DNA of 32,000 nucleotides from Candidatus Saccharimonadota bacterium (GTDB lineage Bacteria; Patescibacteriota; Gracilibacteria; UBA1369; 2-02-FULL-48-14), in assembly GCA_016699145.1 (NCBI GenBank), contig CP064962.1, positions 210,001 through 242,000 of the forward strand, given 5' to 3'. Both the position numbers and the translations under genes were made by a program. Position 1 is the stretch's first letter. Every line of letters begins with the position of its first letter. The notes beneath the pieces were generated by a model that was not told where the DNA came from, made no database searches, and saw nothing but the letters and a program-made list of their open reading frames with translations. Of this stretch, positions 12,553 through 22,985 are shown piece by piece.

Positions 12553-13128
12553 ATGAAAAAATTTACTGTTTTTTTATTAAATCTAAGTCTTCTCCTCGCC
12601 TCCTGCAACGGATCGGACAGCGGCAGTGACGACGGCAGCAACGGCGACACTTATCGCTTTGTGGAATACAAAGCCAGTGACTTCCTCATTGATAAGCCTG
12701 AAGATTGGGAAACCGTCAATTCCTTCACCTCCGAATATCCCGATGGCATTCGCGTGGCCTTTCGAGACAACCTTAAAGACGGTGATTTTGTAGCCAATGT
12801 GACCGTGATCCGCGAAGCCAACGAAGACAACCTCACCAGTTTCGATGTACTGCAAGAAAAACTCAGCGAACATGAAGACCACCTGCTGGACTACACCCTG
12901 CTCACCCAAGAAGAATTGACCCTCAGCGTGGGTGGCGGCGAAAGCAAAACCACGCTCTTCACTTTTTCAGGGAAGAATGAAAGCAGCAGCGAACCGCTGC
13001 AATTCATGCAATTGGCCCTCGCCAAAGGGGAGCAGGCTTACATCGTGACTGCCACTTACGACCCACGCGAAGATGAATTCACCGTCGAGCGCATGCTCAC
13101 CATGCTCAAATCCTTTGAACTTCGCTAA
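12553..13128 (+). CDS. putative lipoprotein (191 aa)
   Basis: MKKFTVFLLNLSLLLAS|C has a lipobox L-A-S-C followed by a Gly/Ser/Asp linker. The gene sits 18 nt upstream of lgt. Confidence 0.7.
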   Translation: MKKFTVFLLNLSLLLASCNGSDSGSDDGSNGDTYRFVEYKASDFLIDKPEDWETVNSFTSEYPDGIRVAFRDNLKDGDFVANVTVIREANEDNLTSFDVLQEKLSEHEDHLLDYTLLTQEELTLSVGGGESKTTLFTFSGKNESSSEPLQFMQLALAKGEQAYIVTATYDPREDEFTVERMLTMLKSFELR

Positions 13129-13146
13129 ACTGTTAATCCCTCCACC

Positions 13147-13929
13147 ATGATTTGGAACATCGATCCCGTCCTCCTGCACCTGGGCCCCTTGGAAATTCGT
13201 TACTACGGCGTGTTCTTTGCCCTGGGGCTCTTTTTAGCCTACCAAGTGGCACGGCAGCTGGTCCAAAAAAAGGACCTCTCGCTTGAAAAGCTCGATTCTC
13301 TGACCGTTTACCTCATCGTGGGACTCATTTTGGGCGCACGCTTTGGACACATTGTCTTTTACGAACTGGATTATTACCTGTCCAACCCCATGCAAATCCT
13401 CAAAATATGGCAGGGGGGGCTCGCTAGCCACGGCGCCGCGATTGGTCTACTGGTGGCTTACGCCCTTTTCCTCTGGCGCAATAAAAAAGTCAAAACCTTT
13501 GATTATGCCGACATTATCGTTGTAGTGGCCGCCCTGCCCATCAGCCTGATTCGCCTTGGAAATTTTTTTAACAGCGAACTCTATGGCCGCATCACCGACC
13601 TGCCCTGGGCAGTGACTTTCAGTCGAATCGACAATCTGGCTCGTCATCCCTCTCAACTCTATGAATTTGGCATGGGTGCCCTGCTTTTTGTAATTTTATA
13701 CCCGCTGTGGCTCAAGAAAAACAAAGACATGAATCCCGGCTTTTTCGTGGGACTTTTCTTCACCCTTTACTTCGCAATGCGCTTCACCGTGGAGTTTGTC
13801 AAAGAATTCCCTTTGCACGAAAACTTCTTCAATCTCACCACCGGACAAATGCTGAGTTTGCCTTTCTTTGCAGTGGGCCTTCTGATCCTCGCCCACTCAA
13901 AGGGTCTTTTGGGCTCGGTTTCCAAATAA
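13147..13929 (+). CDS. lgt: prolipoprotein diacylglyceryl transferase
   Basis: Multi-pass membrane protein with Lgt blocks: IRYYGVFFALG, GARFGHI, WQGGLASHGAAIG, RLGNFFNSELYG and HPSQLYE. Confidence 0.9.
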   Translation: MIWNIDPVLLHLGPLEIRYYGVFFALGLFLAYQVARQLVQKKDLSLEKLDSLTVYLIVGLILGARFGHIVFYELDYYLSNPMQILKIWQGGLASHGAAIGLLVAYALFLWRNKKVKTFDYADIIVVVAALPISLIRLGNFFNSELYGRITDLPWAVTFSRIDNLARHPSQLYEFGMGALLFVILYPLWLKKNKDMNPGFFVGLFFTLYFAMRFTVEFVKEFPLHENFFNLTTGQMLSLPFFAVGLLILAHSKGLLGSVSK

Positions 13930-14289
13930 AATCAGGAGGAAAGAAACTCCAATAAAGAGGTAGGCCTCTGTAATAAACCCAGAGAGCAAATAGAGGAAGA
14001 AACCGAGTAAAGCAATGCTTTCACAGAGCGCAAGACGAATAAAGAAAGCCGCCTCTGGATTTTTGATGCGTGCGGGCAGCGCAAACTGAAGTATCCCACT
14101 CAAGACAGCCACTCCGGCAAAAATAAGAAGCAATTGTTGAGAAAGGGGATCGGAAGGGACATTGGTGAATCCACCTTCCGCCTCAGAGAGAATAAATTTC
14201 TCAAGCAGCACGATCAAAAGGCCGTACACCACGACGGAAGTCGCAAGAATGAATTTAAAAAACATGAGGTCTTTAGAAGGGAAAGTCAT
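13897..14289 (-). CDS. small integral membrane protein (130 aa, ~4 TM), unknown family
   Basis: ORF-track frame is 13897..14349, but its first 20 codons translate the tRNA-Leu T-arm (GFDSHP). ATG at 14289 (MTFPSKDLMFFKF...) is used instead. Its 3' end overlaps the lgt 3' end by 33 nt (convergent). Confidence 0.55.
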   Translation of the reverse strand: MTFPSKDLMFFKFILATSVVVYGLLIVLLEKFILSEAEGGFTNVPSDPLSQQLLLIFAGVAVLSGILQFALPARIKNPEAAFFIRLALCESIALLGFFLYLLSGFITEAYLFIGVSFLLILFGNRAQKTL

Positions 14290-14305
14290 AGGTATGAGTT
14301 TTAGG

Positions 14306-14391
14306 TGGTGCCTGGGGTGGGAATCGAACCCACATGACCTTGCGGCCACAAGATTTTAAGTCTCGCGTGTCTACCATTTCACCACCCAGGC
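14306..14391 (-). tRNA. tRNA-Leu (anticodon TAA), long variable arm, CCA encoded
   Basis: Reverse complement is GCCTGGGTGGTGAAATGGTAGACACGCGAGACTTAAAATCTTGTGGCCGCAAGGTCATGTGGGTTCGATTCCCACCCCAGGCACCA. Anticodon loop is CTTAAAA. Confidence 0.93.
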
Positions 14392-14406
14392 GCGGTGTTA
14401 AAAATC

Positions 14407-14481
14407 TGGAGGCAAGGATGGGAGTTGAACCCATTTGGTACGGTTTTGCAAACCGCTGCGTGACCGTTCCGCCACCTTGCC
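14407..14481 (-). tRNA. tRNA-Cys (anticodon GCA), CCA encoded
   Basis: Reverse complement is GGCAAGGTGGCGGAACGGTCACGCAGCGGTTTGCAAAACCGTACCAAATGGGTTCAACTCCCATCCTTGCCTCCA. Anticodon loop is TTGCAAA. Confidence 0.9.
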
Positions 14482-14488
14482 CCAAAAC

Positions 14489-14564
14489 TGGTGGACCGGG
14501 AGGGACTCGAACCCTCGACCAAAAGATTAAGAGTCTTCTGCTCTACCAACTGAGCTACCGATCC
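14489..14564 (-). tRNA. tRNA-Lys (anticodon CTT), CCA encoded
   Basis: Reverse complement is GGATCGGTAGCTCAGTTGGTAGAGCAGAAGACTCTTAATCTTTTGGTCGAGGGTTCGAGTCCCTCCCGGTCCACCA. Anticodon loop is CTCTTAA. Confidence 0.93.
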
Positions 14565-14573
14565 ACGGGCAGG

Positions 14574-14602
14574 ATATTAACGAAATAGGCCTTAAGGTTC
14601 AA
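14574..14602 (-). promoter_or_regulatory. candidate promoter of the tRNA-Lys/Cys/Leu cluster
   Basis: Minus strand has TTGAAC (14597-14602), a 17-nt spacer and TAATAT (14574-14579). The -10 ends 9 nt before the tRNA-Lys 5' end. Confidence 0.5.
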
Positions 14603-14661
14603 TGCTATTTTGCTCTTGCATGTGGGGTGAGTATACACTACCCTAGGCTCATCCAACGCTT

Positions 14662-15942
14662 ATGAAACTCAAAACCATCTATCTGTGTCAAAATTGCGGC
14701 CAAGAAAGCTCCAAATGGCAAGGCCGCTGCCCCTCTTGCGAGGAATGGAACACTTTTGCCGAAGATGTGATCAATGTGGGCAAAGCCGAAAAAAGGGTCA
14801 GCTCTCGTGGACTGCCAAGAGAAGCCCCAAAAAATCTCAATGAACAAGCGGCCCCTAAAGCTCGCGCAAAAACCGGCATTGAAGAGTGGGATCAAGTGCT
14901 GGGCGGAGGCATTGTGGAGGGCAGTCTCCTCTTGCTTTCCGGGGAACCTGGCATAGGAAAGTCCACCCTTACCATGCAAGTCTTAGATCGCATGGCCGGG
15001 CAAAAAGAAAAAGCACTCTACATCACGGGTGAAGAATCGGTGGAGCAAGTTTCCGACCGCGCACGTCGTCTCAAAGCTCAGCACGGAAACATTCGCATTT
15101 TGTACGAAAACACTTTAGAAAACATCCTCGCCACAATAGAGGCAGAAAAACCCAACTTTTTAGTCATCGACTCCATTCAAGTGCTGTCCTCCAATGAAAT
15201 TCCAGGAGTGGCCGGCAGTCTGAGCCAAGTGCGTTACTGCACCGAAATCTTGATGAACACCATCAAAACCCTTCACATCCCCACCCTGCTCATCGGTCAT
15301 GTGAACAAAGAGGGCAACATTGCTGGACCCAAGGTGCTGGAGCATCTCGTGGACACGGTACTGATTTTAGAAGGGGAAAGGGACCAAGAACTGCGCATGC
15401 TTCGCGCCGTGAAAAACCGCTTCGGACCCGTGAGCGAAATCGGGCTCTTCGAAATGAGTGAAGAAGGCCTACAAGAAGTGAAAAATCCAGGCGAGCGTAT
15501 CCTTGAAAATCGACCCAAAAACGCCGTCGGGAGTGCCCTCACCTTGAGCATGGAAGGCCATAGACCCCTCCTCATGGAAGTGCAAGCCCTGGTCAGCACC
15601 ACTCATTTTGGCTACCCCAAACGCATGGCCAGCGGTTTCGACCGAAACCGCCTCGAATTGCTGATCGCCGTACTGCAAAAACACAAAGGCCTTGACCTCG
15701 CAGACCAAGACGTCTACATCAAAATCACCGGCGGTTTAAGTTTAAATGACCCCGCCGCAGACCTGGCCGTATGCTCCGCCATTGTATCCAGCTTCCAAAA
15801 AAAGCCCCTCCCCGAAAACGCCGTTTTCTGGGGCGAAATGAGCCTCACCGGCGAAATTCGCAAAGGATACAAAGACAAAGAAAGACTGAAGGCTGCGGAG
15901 AAGATGGGACTCCAATTTCAAAATATGTTCTTTTACAGATGA
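14662..15942 (+). CDS. radA: DNA repair protein RadA
   Basis: N-terminal zinc finger CQNCGQESSKWQGRCPSCEEWN, Walker A GEPGIGKST, the RadA-specific KNRFG motif (AVKNRFGP) and a Lon-protease-like C-terminal domain. Confidence 0.93.
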   Translation: MKLKTIYLCQNCGQESSKWQGRCPSCEEWNTFAEDVINVGKAEKRVSSRGLPREAPKNLNEQAAPKARAKTGIEEWDQVLGGGIVEGSLLLLSGEPGIGKSTLTMQVLDRMAGQKEKALYITGEESVEQVSDRARRLKAQHGNIRILYENTLENILATIEAEKPNFLVIDSIQVLSSNEIPGVAGSLSQVRYCTEILMNTIKTLHIPTLLIGHVNKEGNIAGPKVLEHLVDTVLILEGERDQELRMLRAVKNRFGPVSEIGLFEMSEEGLQEVKNPGERILENRPKNAVGSALTLSMEGHRPLLMEVQALVSTTHFGYPKRMASGFDRNRLELLIAVLQKHKGLDLADQDVYIKITGGLSLNDPAADLAVCSAIVSSFQKKPLPENAVFWGEMSLTGEIRKGYKDKERLKAAEKMGLQFQNMFFYR

Positions 15943-15949
15943 GAAAATA

Positions 15950-15978
15950 TTGAAGAAAAGACGGGTTTGGTATATAAT
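15950..15978 (+). promoter_or_regulatory. candidate promoter, essentially leaderless for ATG 15985
   Basis: TTGAAG (15950-15955), 17-nt spacer, TATAAT (15973-15978). The ATG at 15985 lies 6 nt after the -10. Confidence 0.5.
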
Positions 15979-15984
15979 TCAAAC

Positions 15985-17797
15985 ATGTCAACAGACAAAA
16001 CAGACGAAGACGGAGCAGAAAATACACTGCAGGTGGGGCTGACCGCACTAAAAGATCTGCCAAACAACCAAGATGGGCTCTCACTGAATCTACAAGCACA
16101 AGACACAATTAGAAACTGGACAGATCAATTTGGCCCAACGCTTTTTTACAGCCATAGCCCCCCTGCTCACTGTTTTAGACAGAGCAGTGATGGGAAGAGA
16201 AAGTGTCAAACCGACAGCAGTGGGGCTCACACCAGGGTTACATTTAAATGAGTCCGCAGAAAACGTGCATCTATGGGAATTGGCCAGAAAAGCTGCAATC
16301 CAACTGGAAATACCTGAGCAAGTCAATCAACTTCGTAGTGTTTTTGTTTATCTTTTAAGGAATGGCCTTAAAAATTTTGAAGATTTGCCATGCTTACCAG
16401 GAATGGACTTAAACTTTAATAAATTAAAAACAATTTTAGCTTCAGCAAAGATAGAGCATGACAAAAAAATGGCAAATCCAACAGAAGGAATGCCAGCAAG
16501 CATATTTGAAACAGAAGTCAAAGCACAAACCTCTATTGACCTGATACAAGCCATCGTAGGAGATAATATTCCTGAAAACATAAGGGGAAATCCTGCTTCA
16601 ATGAGGGAGCAAATAAGCAAAGCCTTGAATGATGCCTTAAAATTATACAAACAACTGGGAGATGACTTATACGAAAATGGACCCAAAGTAGCAGAAATGT
16701 ACCAAGAATTAACCGGCGACACGGAGCTACAATTGCCACCTAAAAATCCATTAACTGCCTTAGATGGAGACACAGTGGGCTCTCACGGATTCACCGACTT
16801 GGCCTTCAACTTTCTCAAAGGAATTCAAGAAGGAGATCATGATAAAAGTGAAAAAGAAGCTCTAGACCTCTATCACACTCAAGAGATACTCTGGTTAACC
16901 GTAGTATTTTTCCTATTGAATTTGAGATCGATTCATCTGAAACCAGAAATCAGACAAGTTCTTAGTAGAGAAGTTTTAAATTTCATCAAAAACAATCTTC
17001 ATGGAGATAAAACACAAGATAAATTTGAACAAATCGATGGAAATGAGGAGCCCATCACATATCGAAAAATAACTGTAGGTGATAACAAATACTTAATCTA
17101 TGTAGGAGAAAAAACACTGGACGTGAAAAGAAAAGCAGCAGCCCTGTGGAAGGTCATGCAAGGAAATACAAAAGGCTATCCTTTTGCTTTGGTGGATGAA
17201 GGACGGGGGGAATTAATGATAGACATCTCCCCTCAAGATTTTATAGAGGGTTCACAAGCTGTTAAAGATGCTATAACCATCCTGGAAGGACTGGGGGAGC
17301 ACTTAGGGTGTACTATATTACCCAGTGCTACAACTGATTATTTTAAGCTAAAACCAAGAGAAGCAGTTGTAAAAGTGAAAAGAGAGCAACCCAACAAACG
17401 CGAGAGCGTTGAGTTCATCAACGTAAAACTCTATTTACACCTCGAAATGTGTGAAACGCCATCCGGAGGCATGGTCTTAATAAAGGATGACGAACAACGC
17501 CAGTGGGCAATCGCAAATGGTAAACTGCACACCGTCAGAATGGAATATCGCATTTTAGTCAAAGAGACCTGGGTCAATTCACATTACAATTTAAAACATC
17601 CCTCTCACCACATTTTTTATCGACTCACACAGTTGATGGAAATCGCAAAACTGGTCATCCGTCCAGCAGAAAACCCAGCTCTTTATGAATATATGGAGGT
17701 AGTGGAGAAAATGCTAACAGCATGTAGAGAAAATATCCCAGCTAAAACAAACGGTCACCATTCCTCCTCACCTGCTCCGCAAACTGCTGAGGCGTAA
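15985..17797 (+). CDS. hypothetical protein; long ORF 16130..17797 (555 aa) probably preceded by, and possibly fused to, ORF 15985..16251 in another frame
   Basis: The promoter points at ATG 15985 (MSTDKTDEDG...), which is in the frame of ORF-track 15967..16251. The 555 aa frame is open from 16088 and has only a TTG at 16130. A T6 run (16142-16147) and a C6 run (16158-16163) lie in the overlap. AT-rich, no firmly recognised domain. The 3' end overlaps the tatD 3' end by 56 nt. Confidence 0.5.
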
Positions 17798-18494
17798 CCC
17801 CTCGAAGCTCCGCCAATTTCTGGCCTACTTCCACCACATAAGCCATCTCATTTCGCTGGCCTCGCACAGACTGCGGTGCAAGCCACGGGCAATCTGTTTC
17901 AGTCAAAATAAGATCAGCCGGGGCAAGGCGAGCGGCTTCTTGAATTTCTTTGGCGTTCGGATACGTCACCACTCCACTGAAACTGGTCATGTAACCCGCC
18001 TCCCAAACCTTTCGGCCAAACTCAGGCCCATAACTGTAACAGTGGAAAATCGCCCGCTTGGCCTTTTCTTCAAGCAAAATCCGCAAAGTGTCTTCCGCAG
18101 CGTCCCGAGAGTGCACGATGCAAGGTAAATCCAGCTCATTGGCCAGACGAATCTGCCGACGGAAAGCCTCAAACTGTACGGCTGGACTCGTATCTTTATG
18201 GTAATAATCCAGCCCCATCTCCCCCAAACCCACAATGCGTGGATGAGCCGCTTGCTCCCGCAGCAAAGCTAAGGCCTCTTCCGTCAATAAATCAGCCTCA
18301 CAAGGGTGAATTCCCACCGTCCCCCACGCATCCGGATGAACCTCAATGAGGCGAAGCACCTCCAGGTTGGCAGCGGGGTCATAACCCACCACAATAAACT
18401 TAGAAACCCCTGCTGCCCGAGCACGTTCAAACGCTTCGGTTTCTTCCGCCTTCAAAGCACCAGAGAAAGGATGACAATGCGTGTCGATCCACAT
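17742..18494 (-). CDS. tatD: TatD-family metal-dependent hydrolase/DNase
   Basis: MWIDTHCHP... start motif, then IVGLGEMGLDY, HSRDA and TDCPWLAP. The start is moved from the ORF-track 18542 to ATG 18494, 10 nt after the prfA stop. Confidence 0.85.
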   Translation of the reverse strand: MWIDTHCHPFSGALKAEETEAFERARAAGVSKFIVVGYDPAANLEVLRLIEVHPDAWGTVGIHPCEADLLTEEALALLREQAAHPRIVGLGEMGLDYYHKDTSPAVQFEAFRRQIRLANELDLPCIVHSRDAAEDTLRILLEEKAKRAIFHCYSYGPEFGRKVWEAGYMTSFSGVVTYPNAKEIQEAARLAPADLILTETDCPWLAPQSVRGQRNEMAYVVEVGQKLAELRGVTPQQFAEQVRRNGDRLF

Positions 18495-18504
18495 AAAAAG
18501 AGGA

Positions 18505-19569
18505 TTAATTTCCAGCCTGAGCCAAACGCTGCATCTGGTCATTCAAAATCAGCGCATCCACCAAATCGTCGATTTCACCGTCCATAATGGCTGGAATGTT
18601 GCTGAAATTTTGTCCCAAACGATGATCGGTTACACGATCTTGAGGGAAGTTATAGGTGCGGATTTTATCACCGCGTTCCCCCGTTGCCGCCTGTGAAGAC
18701 CGCGCATCTCCCAGTTCTTTGGCACGTTTTTCTTCTTCAAGCGCAAAGAGACGGGACCGCAAAACCCCCAGTGCCTTGATTTTATTCTTGAGCTGAGACT
18801 TTTCATCCTGACACTGCACCACCAATCCCGAAGGAATATGGGTCACGCGCACCGCAGAATCGGTCGTATTCACACTTTGTCCCCCACTCCCCCCAGAGCG
18901 AAACACATCAATACGTAAATCTTGATCGCGAATCTCCACCTCCACTTCATCCATCTCAGGCAAAACCACCACCGAAGCCGCTGAAGTGTGCACCCGGCCC
19001 TTGGCCTCCGTTTCAGGAATGCGTTGCACGCGATGCACTCCACTTTCATATTTCATCCGACCATAGGCCCCCTCTCCATTCACCTTAAAAATCATTTCTT
19101 TGAGCCCTCGCTCCCCAGGACTTTCCGAAATCATTTCCGTTGGATAGCCCTTGTTTTTGAGATAACGCAAATACATACGACTGAGCTCTTCCGCAAAAAG
19201 AGCCGCCTCATCCCCACCGGTACCCGCCCGAATTTCCATGATGCAATTCTTCTGATCGTTCGGGTCTTTAGGGGCCAGTTCCAGCTTCAATTCTTCTTCC
19301 AATTTTTCAAGCGCCGTCTTGGCTTCCTTGAGCTCTTCCTTAGCCATTTCTCGAAGTTCTTCATCGGAGTCTTCTAAAAGTTGCTCACTGCCTTCAATCT
19401 GTTTTTCAAGACGTTCCTGCTCTCGGAACAACTCCACGGCCCTTTGAAGCTCACGGCGACGTTTCAGGAGTTTTTGATAACCCGTTTGGTCCGCAATCAC
19501 CACAGGATCTGCCATTCTCACTTCCAGCTCATCAAACTCGGCTGCCATTTTTTGCAATTTTTCTTTCAT
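18505..19569 (-). CDS. prfA: peptide chain release factor 1
   Basis: GGQ motif (SGGSGGQSVNTTDSAVR) and a PxT-type codon-recognition tripeptide (RIPETEAKGRVHTSA), which is characteristic of RF1. Confidence 0.93.
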   Translation of the reverse strand: MKEKLQKMAAEFDELEVRMADPVVIADQTGYQKLLKRRRELQRAVELFREQERLEKQIEGSEQLLEDSDEELREMAKEELKEAKTALEKLEEELKLELAPKDPNDQKNCIMEIRAGTGGDEAALFAEELSRMYLRYLKNKGYPTEMISESPGERGLKEMIFKVNGEGAYGRMKYESGVHRVQRIPETEAKGRVHTSAASVVVLPEMDEVEVEIRDQDLRIDVFRSGGSGGQSVNTTDSAVRVTHIPSGLVVQCQDEKSQLKNKIKALGVLRSRLFALEEEKRAKELGDARSSQAATGERGDKIRTYNFPQDRVTDHRLGQNFSNIPAIMDGEIDDLVDALILNDQMQRLAQAGN

Positions 19570-19581
19570 GCAGTGGTTGTA

Positions 19582-20394
19582 TCAGATTTCTTCTTTTCTT
19601 TCCAGGAGAAAATGCCGGTCAAGCCCCTCCAAATCTTGTCGCAAAGTGAAGCGATAAGCCGGCAGCAAAACCGTCGCAAGTTCTTGAATCGCAAACCCTT
19701 GAGTAAAACCGACTTCTCCTAAAATGAATTTGAAATCCCAATTTTTTGCCTCCACAAAAAGACGCCTGTACAAATCGAGTCCATCCAGGCCTGCAAAAAG
19801 AGCCAAGACTGGCTCATACTTCAAAACATTTTCATCGATCGCCGCATGCATCTCCGTGCCAATGTACGGCAAATTCGCAAGCAAAGTATCAAAATCTTCC
19901 CTCGGCACCTGCCCCAGCAAGTCCGACTGCAAAAATTCCACTTCCAGCCCCAAGCGCTGCGCATTCTTGCGAGCCACCGCGAGCGCATCCAAGCTCACAT
20001 CCGTAGCCATCACCTGCAGATCAGGCCGCTTGCTTTTCAAAGCCAAGGCAACGGCTCCACTGCCTGTTCCAATTTCTAAAACAGCCTTCTCAGCCACTGA
20101 AGCCGCCCAATCCACCAAAAGTTCCGTGCAAGGTCGGGGGATCAAAACCGACTCATTCACAAAAAAGTTAAGGCCATAAAATTCCTTTTCATGCGTCAAA
20201 TAAGCCACAGGTTTTCCGGCTTTCAGCTCCGTCCAAGCCCGCTGCAATTCGGCCATTTTTTCCACCGGCACTTCTTCTTCTCCATGCGCAATCAAATCGA
20301 GGCGAACTTTACCGAGCAAATGACATAAAAAAAGCTCCATTTCGAGACGGAGATGTTCTTTTTGGGCCGAGCTCAGAATCTGAGCGATGCGCAT
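19582..20394 (-). CDS. prmC: release-factor glutamine N5-methyltransferase PrmC/HemK
   Basis: SAM-binding VLEIGTGSGAV and an NPPY-like LANLPYIG, adjacent to prfA. The start ATG overlaps the rpsU stop (TAATG). Confidence 0.8.
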   Translation of the reverse strand: MRIAQILSSAQKEHLRLEMELFLCHLLGKVRLDLIAHGEEEVPVEKMAELQRAWTELKAGKPVAYLTHEKEFYGLNFFVNESVLIPRPCTELLVDWAASVAEKAVLEIGTGSGAVALALKSKRPDLQVMATDVSLDALAVARKNAQRLGLEVEFLQSDLLGQVPREDFDTLLANLPYIGTEMHAAIDENVLKYEPVLALFAGLDGLDLYRRLFVEAKNWDFKFILGEVGFTQGFAIQELATVLLPAYRFTLRQDLEGLDRHFLLERKEEI

Positions 20395-20615
20395 TATTGA
20401 TAAAACTTGCTGCGTTCCCGTTCAGTACGGAAATCTTCACGCATCAAAGCACTTTGACGAACGAGACGCTTGGTGAGAGGACGTTCGCGGTAACGACGAC
20501 CTTTTACAAGATCCCCAATGCGAGAACGATTGAACCATTGCTTGAAGCGTGCAACACGCTTCTCAGAAGATTCATTTTGATCCGCACGAACCCAGAAATT
20601 GCTTTGACGAGCCAT
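20394..20615 (-). CDS. rpsU: 30S ribosomal protein S21 (probable)
   Basis: A 73 aa very basic protein (VRADQNESSEKRVARFKQWFNRSRIGDLVKGRRYRERPLTKR...) with the size, charge pattern and ...YE(K/R)P(S/T)..R.. block typical of S21. Confidence 0.6.
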   Translation of the reverse strand: MARQSNFWVRADQNESSEKRVARFKQWFNRSRIGDLVKGRRYRERPLTKRLVRQSALMREDFRTERERSKFYQ

Positions 20616-20636
20616 GTAAAAAACTTAAGCGAAGGG

Positions 20637-20666
20637 AGTATAAGGAAAAGCCACTGCCTTCGTCAA
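20637..20666 (-). promoter_or_regulatory. candidate promoter of rpsU-prmC-prfA-tatD
   Basis: Minus strand has TTGACG (20661-20666), an 18-nt spacer and TATACT (20637-20642), ~20 nt upstream of the rpsU ATG. Confidence 0.45.
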
Positions 20667-20668
20667 CC

Positions 20669-20929
20669 TCATTTAATAAAATCCTCTTTATAACGCAAAT
20701 AAGCCCCAATGATCAGTTCATAAACGCTTGAAGAAAGGGCATAGGCTTTGGCTCCTTTTTTTTCCACAATTCCACATTCATAAGTGTCCTGATCCAAGGG
20801 ATCTTCCACAAACAAATAGGAACCTTTATCCCCCTCAACAGGTTCAAGCCGATATTCCAAGTCCCCCCACGCGGTATTGAGAAGTTTCACCAATGCCTGT
20901 AAATCCTTAAAGGTTCCGAGCTCAATCAT
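20669..20929 (-). CDS. hypothetical small protein (86 aa)
   Basis: ORF-track ORF with an ATG start, preceded on the minus strand by TTGTTT-N17-TATAAT. No recognised family. Confidence 0.4.
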   Translation of the reverse strand: MIELGTFKDLQALVKLLNTAWGDLEYRLEPVEGDKGSYLFVEDPLDQDTYECGIVEKKGAKAYALSSSVYELIIGAYLRYKEDFIK

Positions 20930-21018
20930 GAAAGACGTTAAATCTCGTAATTATACCTAAAAAATCGAGGAAAAACAAGACCAAGGCTCCTTGAAAATCA
21001 CCGTACTAGAAGCCAACT

Positions 21019-22910
<1,892 letters not shown>

Positions 22911-22985
22911 AAATTGTAAAAAACCGGCGGTATTTTAACAAAGAAAGCCGATTCCGTCAGAGAATGTGTTTGACTAGGGAAAATT

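Noticed and set aside
14162-14588. ORFs 14162..14359, 14273..14485 and 14334..14588 across the tRNA cluster.
   Set aside because: They translate tRNA sequence; motifs such as GFDSHP/WESNPH come from T-arms. The tRNA cloverleaves explain the region.
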